The notes under the pieces were generated by a model. It made no database searches. It was not told the origin of the DNA and was given only the letters and a program-made list of their open reading frames with translations. DNA of 64,000 nt from Bacteroidia bacterium (GTDB lineage: Bacteria; Bacteroidota; Bacteroidia; M30B66): positions 3,808,001 through 3,872,000 of the forward strand of contig OZ257142.1 in NCBI GenBank assembly GCA_965279035.1, read 5' to 3'. How positions within the stretch are numbered: the stretch's first letter is position 1; each line of letters starts with the position of its first letter. The position numbers and the translations under genes are program-made. Shown in pieces: positions 30,748 through 38,673 of the stretch.

Positions 30748-31704
30748 ATGAAACGATTTTTTAGCATCATTGCTTCGCTAATTCTGACTACTTCCCTACT
30801 CCAAGCTCAGATTGAAGTCAAAGAAGATACAACGGTGAATGGTTGGAAAAAAGGTGGGTTTTTCGCCTTAAACTTTAATCAGGTTTCACTAACTAATTGG
30901 GCTGCAGGAGGGGAAAGTGCTTTATCTTCAACAGCTTTATTGAATGCTTTTATAAAATACCGTCACAATGATATCTATTTTGAATCAGTGTTAGATGGTG
31001 GTTTTGGATTTATCACAACTAAGTCGCAATCGCTTCGCAAGAATGAAGATAAAATAGAAATCAACGCAAAGTTCGGTAAGAAAGCCAAAGGCAAATTTTT
31101 CTATGCTGGCATGTTGAATTTCAGAACACAAATGGCTCCGGGTTATAACTTTCCGAATGATTCAACGGTTATTTCCCGTTTTCTTGCACCTGGATTTTTA
31201 TCGCTTGCTCTTGGGATGGATTACAAACCCAATGAGTGGTTTTCGATGTTCATTTCTCCTGCAACTGGAAGAGCAACATTTGTGATGGATCAACGCTTAG
31301 CCGATTTAGGTCAGTTTGGTGTAACCGCGGCCGTGATCGATCCTACAACTGGAGCAATAATTACTCCTGGGCAAAAAACACGTTTCGAATTTGGAGCGTA
31401 TTTACGCGCACGTTTGCAAAAAGATTTAGTGAAAAATATCTCTGTTGTTTCGAATCTTCAGTTGTTTAATAATTACACCGATCCAATCAAAGCTCAACGT
31501 GCTAACATCGATGTAAACTGGGAGAATTTGATTTTAATTAAAGCCAACAAATGGCTTACAACAAGCATATTCACCAATTTAATTTACGATAACGACGTTC
31601 AAGTTCCTGTGAAAAGAGTGGTGAATGGAACTGAAGTGATTGGAACAGGTCCGCGCACACAGTTTAAAGAAGTTCTCGGACTTGGGCTTTCGTTTAAATT
31701 CTAA
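30748..31704 (+). CDS. DUF3078 outer-membrane beta-barrel protein
   Basis: WKKGG..LNFNQVSLTNWAAGGE, RKNED, C-terminal QFKEVLGLGLSFKF. Confidence 0.88.
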   Translation: MKRFFSIIASLILTTSLLQAQIEVKEDTTVNGWKKGGFFALNFNQVSLTNWAAGGESALSSTALLNAFIKYRHNDIYFESVLDGGFGFITTKSQSLRKNEDKIEINAKFGKKAKGKFFYAGMLNFRTQMAPGYNFPNDSTVISRFLAPGFLSLALGMDYKPNEWFSMFISPATGRATFVMDQRLADLGQFGVTAAVIDPTTGAIITPGQKTRFEFGAYLRARLQKDLVKNISVVSNLQLFNNYTDPIKAQRANIDVNWENLILIKANKWLTTSIFTNLIYDNDVQVPVKRVVNGTEVIGTGPRTQFKEVLGLGLSFKF

Positions 31705-31723
31705 AACATATTTTGATTCAACC

Positions 31724-31754
31724 AAAAGAGGCTGCTAAATGCAGTCTTTTTTTT
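31724..31754 (+). terminator. Intrinsic terminator
   Basis: AAAAGAGGCTGC / GCAGTCTTTTTTTT. Confidence 0.75.
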
Positions 31755-31794
31755 GCTCTATTTTACCAACTTAATCAGCTATTTGAATGCTCGC

Positions 31795-32156
31795 TTCGAC
31801 AGGCTCAGCGAGCGGATTTTATATAGAAATTGAAACTAAAATTCCTCATGTTTACTACAGCATCCCCGGATTTCAATCCGGGGACTTCGACAGGTTCTGT
31901 GTTGGATTTTATTTAGAAAATAAAACTAAAATTCCTCGAGTTTACTACAGCATCCCCGGATTTCAATCCGGGGACTTCGACAGGTTCTGTGTTGGATTTT
32001 ATTTAGAAAATAAAACTAAAATTCCTCGAGTTTACTACAGCATCCCCGGATTTCAATCCGGGGACTTCGACAGGTTCTGTGTTGGGTTTTATTTAGAAAT
32101 TGAAACTAAAATTCCTCAAGTTTTACTACAGCATCCCCGGATTTCAATCCGGGGAC
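31795..32156. repeat. Tandem array of 4 x ~90-bp composite REP units
   Basis: Units at 31795, 31886, 31976 and 32066: TTCGACAGG half-site + AT-rich linker + palindrome TCCCCGGATTTCAATCCGGGGA. Confidence 0.95.
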
Positions 32157-32213
32157 CTGCCAGAAAAAATCAAGAATCTTCCATATTCCCCCAATAATCT
32201 AACATTCCCCCAA

Positions 32214-32306
32214 GCGGTAAGGATAGCAACGGAAAACCCTCAACACTAGCCGTAGCTTTAGCGAAGGCGGTTTGAGGATTTGAAGTGTATAGCCTGGACA
32301 CCGCCC
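32214..32306 (+). ncRNA. Flavo-1-like structured RNA element, copy C
   Basis: GCGGT-AAGGATAGCAACGGAAAACCC...GAGGATTTGAAGTGTATAGCCTGGAC-ACCGCCC. Confidence 0.6.
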
Positions 32307-32374
32307 AAAAAAAACTAGCATCCACGTATTTCAATCAGTAGTTCTGTACTACAGATGTTTAGTATGAACGGTTT

Positions 32375-33037
32375 TTATTTCTCTTGCAACACAAATCCAA
32401 TATCCTGAATCAGGTTATTTACCTGAGTTGAATCGGTACCATCATAAAATCCTCGAATGCGCTGGTGACGATCTATGAGCGCGAAGTTTTGAGTATGAAT
32501 AAAATCATCCGGACCACCATCACCTTCTTCAAGATTTAGTAAATATCCTTTACGTGCTAATTCATACAAAGCAGGTTTATCACCTGTTAAGAAAAACCAT
32601 TGTTTCGTATTGGCCTTATAGCTTTGGGCGTATCCTTTGAGCTGATCGGGCGTGTCGGTTTCGGGATCAACCGTGTGAGACAAAATACGAAAATCGGCTT
32701 CGTTTTTAAATGCTGCAGCAACACGATCTAACTGCTTCGACATGATAGGACAAATGCTATGACAGGTGGTGAAAAAATAATCGGCTACGTACACTTTATT
32801 TTGCACTGCAGTTTGCGTAACAGTTTGTCCATCTTGATTAATAAATGAAAAATTGGGAATTCGATGCCAGAGCGTATCGTATTTGACTGTTGATCCGCTG
32901 CGCGTACTGTCGATACTGTGATTTCCGAGATAAGGAAGCTTTTTATAGAAACGTGTTTTTTCTCGATTACTGAAAAAATAAATTCCAAAAAGGAGAGCAA
33001 TAAAAAGTGGGATGATGATTGAAAGTCTGCGTTTCAT
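32375..33037 (-). CDS. SCO family copper chaperone
   Basis: YFFTTCHSICP (CxxxC), SHTVDPETD, FIHT.NF.LID. Confidence 0.95.
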   Translation of the reverse strand: MKRRLSIIIPLFIALLFGIYFFSNREKTRFYKKLPYLGNHSIDSTRSGSTVKYDTLWHRIPNFSFINQDGQTVTQTAVQNKVYVADYFFTTCHSICPIMSKQLDRVAAAFKNEADFRILSHTVDPETDTPDQLKGYAQSYKANTKQWFFLTGDKPALYELARKGYLLNLEEGDGGPDDFIHTQNFALIDRHQRIRGFYDGTDSTQVNNLIQDIGFVLQEK

Positions 33038-33085
33038 GCAACAAATTACGCTTGAAAATGAATGCTGAAAACGTTTGTTTAGAAA

Positions 33086-34021
33086 TTAAATAGGAATAAT
33101 ATTCGATTTACTTGGTGATTTATATTTATCTGGAATAACCGTTAGAATTGTCTTGCAAAGAGCTTCTGTTAAGCGCTGTTTAACAACTTGACGACGAGTT
33201 ATTAAACTGATTTCTCGAACGGGTTCGGGTGTTTTAAAATAGCGAATTTGGTCGCGTTGTTCGTCACTAAACCCACGAGTAGAGAACTCGGGAAGCAGCG
33301 TCACACCAGCATTATGTTCAACTAAGCCTTTGAGTGTTTCGATACTTCCTGCTTTGAGATGAATATGAATATCACTACTCGATTTCTCTTGCATCTGACA
33401 CAAATTCAACACTTGAGAACGAAAGCAATGTCCTTCGGCAAGCAGCCAGAGATGGGAAAGGTCTATATCAGAAATGCGAATAGCTGATTTTTTCAAAAGT
33501 GGATCTTTCATCGCCACGTAAGCCACAAAAGGTTCATAATAAAGTGGTAGCTCGTGTAAATTGCTTTCGGGCAAAGGTGTTGCGGCAATTCCGGCATCGA
33601 GTTCATCGCGCTTGAGTTTAGCAATGAGATTTTCGGTAGTTATTTCCTCAATTTCCAATTCAACTCGCGGATATTGAGTTTGAAATTCACCTAAAAAAAG
33701 AGGCAATAAATAAGGTGCTACTGTAGGAATAAATCCAATCCGAAGCAGTCCTTTTAATTCTTCTGTTGCATCTTTTACTTGCTCTTTAATTCGTTTACCT
33801 AATAGTACCATTTGTCGGGCTTCGTCCAAAATACGAATGGCTGCATCGGTTGGAACAACTGGCTGTTTACCTCGATCGAATAGCGCAATTCCTAATTCAT
33901 CTTCCAATTTTTTAAGCTGCATACTCAAGGTTGGCTGAGTGACAAAACAAGCATCTGCTGCACGCGCAAAATGGCGATGTGTATCGACTGCAATTAGATA
34001 TTCTAGTTGAGTTAATGTCAT
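33086..34021 (-). CDS. oxyR: Hydrogen peroxide-inducible LysR regulator OxyR
   Basis: HTH RHFARAADACFVTQPTLS; LAEGHCFRSQVLNLC redox cysteine pair; divergent from ahpC; start set at ATG 34021. Confidence 0.92.
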   Translation of the reverse strand: MTLTQLEYLIAVDTHRHFARAADACFVTQPTLSMQLKKLEDELGIALFDRGKQPVVPTDAAIRILDEARQMVLLGKRIKEQVKDATEELKGLLRIGFIPTVAPYLLPLFLGEFQTQYPRVELEIEEITTENLIAKLKRDELDAGIAATPLPESNLHELPLYYEPFVAYVAMKDPLLKKSAIRISDIDLSHLWLLAEGHCFRSQVLNLCQMQEKSSSDIHIHLKAGSIETLKGLVEHNAGVTLLPEFSTRGFSDEQRDQIRYFKTPEPVREISLITRRQVVKQRLTEALCKTILTVIPDKYKSPSKSNIIPI

Positions 34022-34031
34022 GAATACAAAT

Positions 34032-34075
34032 ATAGACATTCTCTATCATATTATAAATACTATTGATTTGATTGA
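34032..34075. promoter_or_regulatory. Putative OxyR operator
   Basis: ATAG-N7-CTAT at 34032-34046, then ATAA-N7-TGAT at 34053-34067, between oxyR and ahpC. Confidence 0.7.
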
Positions 34076-34125
34076 TGTTTTAGAATGCTTCAATTTTGTC
34101 CTGTCAAAAACGAAAAACTAAAATC

Positions 34126-34698
34126 ATGAATCGAATAATTTCTCTGGGTGAGTCTTTCCCGACATTTGAAAAGACTGCAGTTACTTCTATTGAAAAAGGA
34201 AAAGAATTTTCTACTCTTTCGCTCGATCAACAATTGTCATCAGGTAAATGGATGGTGATGTTTTGGTGGCCGAAGGATTTCACTTTTGTTTGTCCAACCG
34301 AAATTGCCGAATTCAACAAGAATTACAGTGAATTCAGCGATCGCGATACCAATCTGATTGGTGCATCTACCGACTCTGAATTTGTTCATTTAGCATGGAG
34401 ACAAAATCACGCCGATTTGAAGGGTTTGCGTTTCCCTATGTTAGCTGATACATCTAAATCTTTAGCTGAAGAATTAGGCATTTTAGAAGCGAATGAAAAA
34501 GTGGCTTATCGCGCTACATTCATGGTAGATCCTCAAGGAATTATCCGCTGGGTTTCGGTGTATGATTTAAATGTAGGACGTAATGTGGAGGAAGTTTTAC
34601 GTGTCTTAGATGCATTACAAACGGATGAATTATGTCCGTGCAATTGGAAACGTGGTGAAGAAACATTATCGCATGTTGCTGAACCTATTGAAGCCTAA
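34126..34698 (+). CDS. ahpC: Peroxiredoxin AhpC (2-Cys)
   Basis: WPKDFTFVCPTEI, VGRNVEEVLRVLDALQTDELCPCNW; start at ATG 34126. Confidence 0.95.
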   Translation: MNRIISLGESFPTFEKTAVTSIEKGKEFSTLSLDQQLSSGKWMVMFWWPKDFTFVCPTEIAEFNKNYSEFSDRDTNLIGASTDSEFVHLAWRQNHADLKGLRFPMLADTSKSLAEELGILEANEKVAYRATFMVDPQGIIRWVSVYDLNVGRNVEEVLRVLDALQTDELCPCNWKRGEETLSHVAEPIEA

Positions 34699-34710
34699 TT
34701 CAACCTAACT

Positions 34711-35010
34711 ATGAAAGAATTGAATTCTGAAACATTCCGAGATTTTATTCAATCGGAACAGAAGGTAATCGTTGATTTTTACGGTCCGGCATGTCAAGCT
34801 TGTGAAGCTTTGAGACCTTATTTGGAGCGGGTAAATTCCGATTATCCAAACCGAATTGCTAAAGTAAACGCAACAGAAGAAATGGAACTCGCACTTGAAT
34901 TTGGAATTCGGCAAATACCAACCATGCTTGTTTTTCAGCATAATTCATTAATTGGGCGAAGAATAGGTTCGGTAAAGAATGTGGAAATAATTCATGAATT
35001 AATTGCTTAA
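34711..35010 (+). CDS. Thioredoxin family protein with atypical ACQAC active site
   Basis: VIVDFYGPACQAC; cis-Pro loop FGIRQIPTM; 99 aa. Confidence 0.85.
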   Translation: MKELNSETFRDFIQSEQKVIVDFYGPACQACEALRPYLERVNSDYPNRIAKVNATEEMELALEFGIRQIPTMLVFQHNSLIGRRIGSVKNVEIIHELIA

Positions 35011-35021
35011 ATAAAAAGAAA

Positions 35022-35606
35022 ATGATAGCACTTGAAAATGAGACTTTGCAGAATTTAATCAATGATTTGAATTTATCGAATGATACCCTTTCGGATCATC
35101 TGAATCACTTGGCAATAAACGAAAGTAAGTATTTACGTGATTTACGTATTAATTTAAAAAATGCATTGGCATTCTCGAATTTAACTCGAAAAGAAAGTTT
35201 ATTTATTGCTTTTTCGGTAGCGGTAAATGATCACACAAAAAAATTGGCAGATGCACTTGAAAGCCTTGCTAGATCAGAAGGAGCCAGCGAAGAAGAATTA
35301 GCTGAAGTTCGAGCGTGTGTTTCTTTGTTAAATGTGAATAATGTGTTTTATCGTTTTCGCCATTTTACCAAGAAAGACTTTTATCAACAAACACCAGCTG
35401 GAATTAAAATGGGAATAATGATGAATCCTATTTTAGGAAAGGAGTTTTTTGAATTGTTAAGTTTAACAGTTTCTGCTTTGAATGGCTGTGAATTATGTGT
35501 CAATGCACACGAAAGTTCGCTTATTCAATTAGGCACTAGCGAAGCACGTATATACGATGCAGTGCGCTGTGCAGCCAACTTTAGAGGAATGACAGTTTTA
35601 AGTTAA
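35022..35606 (+). CDS. ahpD: Alkyl hydroperoxide reductase AhpD (CMD family)
   Basis: NNVFYRFRH, ELLSLTVSALNGCELCVNAHE. Confidence 0.9.
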   Translation: MIALENETLQNLINDLNLSNDTLSDHLNHLAINESKYLRDLRINLKNALAFSNLTRKESLFIAFSVAVNDHTKKLADALESLARSEGASEEELAEVRACVSLLNVNNVFYRFRHFTKKDFYQQTPAGIKMGIMMNPILGKEFFELLSLTVSALNGCELCVNAHESSLIQLGTSEARIYDAVRCAANFRGMTVLS

Positions 35607-35625
35607 ACCATCTATTTTTCTTAAT

Positions 35626-35662
35626 AACCGGTATTTTCTTTCGGGAGAATGTCGGTTTTTTT
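35626..35662 (+). terminator. Intrinsic terminator after ahpD
   Basis: AACCGGTATTTTCT-TTCG-GGAGAATGTCGGTTTTTTT. Confidence 0.7.
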
Positions 35663-35861
35663 ATTTGTGAAATCAGTATATTTAGTCAGGATTTTTAGGT
35701 TATTTTTCAATCAAGATTGTAAAGGATTATTCCATTTATACCAATAAAGGTTAATTGGAAAATGAAGGAAAAAGGAAAGTAGCACGTGTTATTTTGAAGA
35801 GATCGGATATGACAATTGGATTATTTGTTTGTTTTTAATTCACCCTTATAAATCATTTAGT

Positions 35862-37700
35862 ATGGTACATCGAATTTATACTTCGCTACTTATTTATCTC
35901 ATGTTGACTCCGTTTTTTTGTGAAGCTCAAAAACAAGGACAAGAACGCATTGATTCACTCATACAGGTATTGCCCTCGATGATTGACGATACCAACAAGG
36001 TCAAAATGTTGGAGGAAATCAGTTTCAGTAGTTATTCAATTAATCCTCAACAAGGTTTAAAATACGGTTTCGAATCGCTCAAATTAGCTCAGCAACTAAA
36101 ATGGGACAAGGGCACTGCTCGTGCATACAATACCATTGGAATTAACTATGGATTTGGTTTAGCCGATTATCCGAATGCTCTTGATCATTATCTAAAATCA
36201 TTAACTATCAATGAACGTTTAGGCGACCAAAAAGAAATCGCCGCTTCATTAAATAATATTGGTTCACTCTACGACGAAACAGGAGAAAATCAAAAAGCCT
36301 TGGATTATTACAATAGAGCTCTGGTCATTAATCGTAAAATGGGGAATAAAGACTGGATGGCGAATAACCTGAGTAACATTGGAGTATTATACACTAAACT
36401 GAAAGAATTTGACAAAGCTATTCAATATAAAAAAGAAGCTATGAAGCTCAAAGAAGAGCTTGGAGATCAATGGGGAATTGCCACGAACATTAGTCAACTT
36501 GGGAGAATCTATGGGGAAATGGGTAAGCTCGATACAGCTATTATTTTATTTCATAAAGCCTTAAATATTTTCAGTCAACTTGGAGATCAAAATAGTATTG
36601 CGAAGAATTTTGATTATTTAGGATCTGCTCATTTATATCTGGCGGTAAATAATCCTAAAACAAATAAAGAATTGCTGAATAAAGCATTATTATATAACGA
36701 TAGCGCACTTTCAATTTATTTATCAATTAGGCACTTGCAGAATATTTCTGGTTCTTACATATCGCGTAGCGAAATAATGCATGCATTAGGAAAAGATAAT
36801 GAGGCGCTCGAAGATTATAAAATAGCCATGATTTATAAAGACTCCGTTTTTAATATGGAGAAAGATAAAAAACTGGTGCAACAAGCCATGCAATTTGATT
36901 TCGATCGAAAAGAGGCTATTAATAAAACGGAACAAGAGAAAAAAGATCTACGGCAAAAACTAATTCGATATTCACTGGCAATTGGACTTTCGGGAGCTTT
37001 TATTTTTTCTTTAATTGTATGGCGTCAACGCAATCGTATTTCGAAAGAGAAAGCGCGCAGTGAAGAATTATTACTGAATATTTTACCCGGTGAAGTTGCA
37101 GAAGAATTAAAAGCTAAAGGAGAAGCTGAAGCCAAATTAATCGAAGAAGTAAGCGTATTATTTACCGATTTCAAAGGTTTTACTGCACTTTCGGAACAAG
37201 TAACTCCTAAGGAACTAGTCAACGATCTTCATGAATGTTTTAGCGCCTTTGATGCAATATGCGAAAAACAGGGAATTGAAAAAATAAAAACCATTGGTGA
37301 TGCCTATATGGCCGCAGGAGGTTTGCCTTCGCCCAATTCAACGCATGCTAAAGATGTCGTCTTAGCAGCATTAGAAATGGCTCAATTCATTGAAGAAGGG
37401 AAGAAACAAAAAATTGCTTTGGGATTACCGTATTTCGAAATCCGAATTGGTATTCATACAGGTCCGGTTGTAGCTGGAATTGTAGGAGTGAAAAAATTCC
37501 AATATGATATTTGGGGCGATACTGTAAATACAGCTAGTCGCATGGAAAGCAGCGGAGAAGTGGGAATGGTCAACGTAAGCGAAACAACCTTTCACATTTT
37601 ACAAAATGATTCAACTTTCAAATTTGAACATCGAGGTAAAATTCAAGCAAAAGGAAAAGGAGAAATCGAGATGTATTTTGTGAAAAAAACGATGGTTTAA
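35862..37700 (+). CDS. TPR-repeat, single-TM class III adenylate/guanylate cyclase
   Basis: Signal/TM segment; TPR repeats (A.SLNNIG..Y); TM; LLLNILP, VLFTDFKGFT, EKIKTIGDAYM, YDIWGDTVNTASRMES. Confidence 0.93.
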   Translation: MVHRIYTSLLIYLMLTPFFCEAQKQGQERIDSLIQVLPSMIDDTNKVKMLEEISFSSYSINPQQGLKYGFESLKLAQQLKWDKGTARAYNTIGINYGFGLADYPNALDHYLKSLTINERLGDQKEIAASLNNIGSLYDETGENQKALDYYNRALVINRKMGNKDWMANNLSNIGVLYTKLKEFDKAIQYKKEAMKLKEELGDQWGIATNISQLGRIYGEMGKLDTAIILFHKALNIFSQLGDQNSIAKNFDYLGSAHLYLAVNNPKTNKELLNKALLYNDSALSIYLSIRHLQNISGSYISRSEIMHALGKDNEALEDYKIAMIYKDSVFNMEKDKKLVQQAMQFDFDRKEAINKTEQEKKDLRQKLIRYSLAIGLSGAFIFSLIVWRQRNRISKEKARSEELLLNILPGEVAEELKAKGEAEAKLIEEVSVLFTDFKGFTALSEQVTPKELVNDLHECFSAFDAICEKQGIEKIKTIGDAYMAAGGLPSPNSTHAKDVVLAALEMAQFIEEGKKQKIALGLPYFEIRIGIHTGPVVAGIVGVKKFQYDIWGDTVNTASRMESSGEVGMVNVSETTFHILQNDSTFKFEHRGKIQAKGKGEIEMYFVKKTMV

Positions 37701-37730
37701 ACCAAGTAATTATTCGTTGCTAAGAATCGA

Positions 37731-38369
37731 ATGAGGAAATACTTACAATTATTCATTTTATTACTACCCGTTAACTCCATTCAAGCTCAAATAAAATTCT
37801 CCGATTTTATTGATGAATATTCAGTTTCGATTAATCAAGCACTTTCAAGCAATAAAAAAACAAAAAGTACTGGATTCGGAATTGGGATTTATCATACTAT
37901 TCCTCATTCATCCTACTTAAATATACTTCTTGGCTTTGAATATAATCGAGTCAATGAATTTTTCAATACGAATTATTCGAGTCATTTTGAATCGAAAAAG
38001 AATGAGTATTTCCGTTTAAATTATTTATCAATTCCAGTTCTATTTAGATTCAAAGGTGCTTTAAATCCCCATACTGAATTATTCTTTAACCCAGGTGGCT
38101 TCATTGATTGGGCTCAAAAATCTCGTGTTGATTACGATTATCATTCCGTTACTTTCGACAATAATGTACCTACTTACCACTCAAGTCATGCCTATTCCTA
38201 CACAGGTAGTAATCAACTTGGATTTTCCTTTGGTGCTGGAATTAAGTTCAAAAAATTGAAGTATGCTTATTTCCTTCATCTTGATTTGAAGATACCCCTG
38301 AAACGAATAATAAATGATGCATATGCAGCATCCATGCGTTTATCTATTGGCATGTCGTTAAATCGATGA
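37731..38369 (+). CDS. Outer-membrane beta-barrel (PorT/porin-like) protein
   Basis: Signal peptide; LNYLSIPVLFRF; alternating strands GFSFGAGIKF. Confidence 0.65.
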   Translation: MRKYLQLFILLLPVNSIQAQIKFSDFIDEYSVSINQALSSNKKTKSTGFGIGIYHTIPHSSYLNILLGFEYNRVNEFFNTNYSSHFESKKNEYFRLNYLSIPVLFRFKGALNPHTELFFNPGGFIDWAQKSRVDYDYHSVTFDNNVPTYHSSHAYSYTGSNQLGFSFGAGIKFKKLKYAYFLHLDLKIPLKRIINDAYAASMRLSIGMSLNR

Positions 38370-38518
38370 AATTGAAAAATTCAATACATATCATTGAACC
38401 TATCCAATATTAACTTAAAATCATGTTAATGTAAATTCCAGCTTTTGACTGATGAAAGTTACCTCTAATCCATTTCACTGATGATAAATGCCTGCTCATA
38501 CTGAACTCCATCTCGAAT

Positions 38519-38660
38519 GTTAACTCAGAGTGAATATTCGTTTAAAAATTTCTTAATTTAAATTGAGGTAGTGGTAATTCTCGGGTAATATTCAAGCTGT
38601 TTTGATATTATGCACTTAACGTTCGATTTACAGTTTAGAGAAGTAGCAGAGCCAATTTTG
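38519..38660 (+). promoter_or_regulatory. 11-bp periodic TAA(C/T) direct repeats (Pho-box-like) plus a -7-like box upstream of the TonB-dependent receptor
   Basis: GTTAACTCAGA/GTGAATATTCG/TTTAAAAATTT/CTTAATTTAAA (38519-38562); GGTAATTCTCG/GGTAATATTCA (38573-38594); CTTAACGTTCG/ATTTACAGTTT (38615-38636); CAATTTTG at ~38653. Confidence 0.45.
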
Positions 38661-38673
38661 CAGAGAGAAGCAA

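Noticed and set aside
31787-32197. 136-aa repeat protein, or CRISPR array
   Set aside because: The ORF lies almost entirely in the 90-bp palindrome array just after a terminator; units are nearly identical with no spacers
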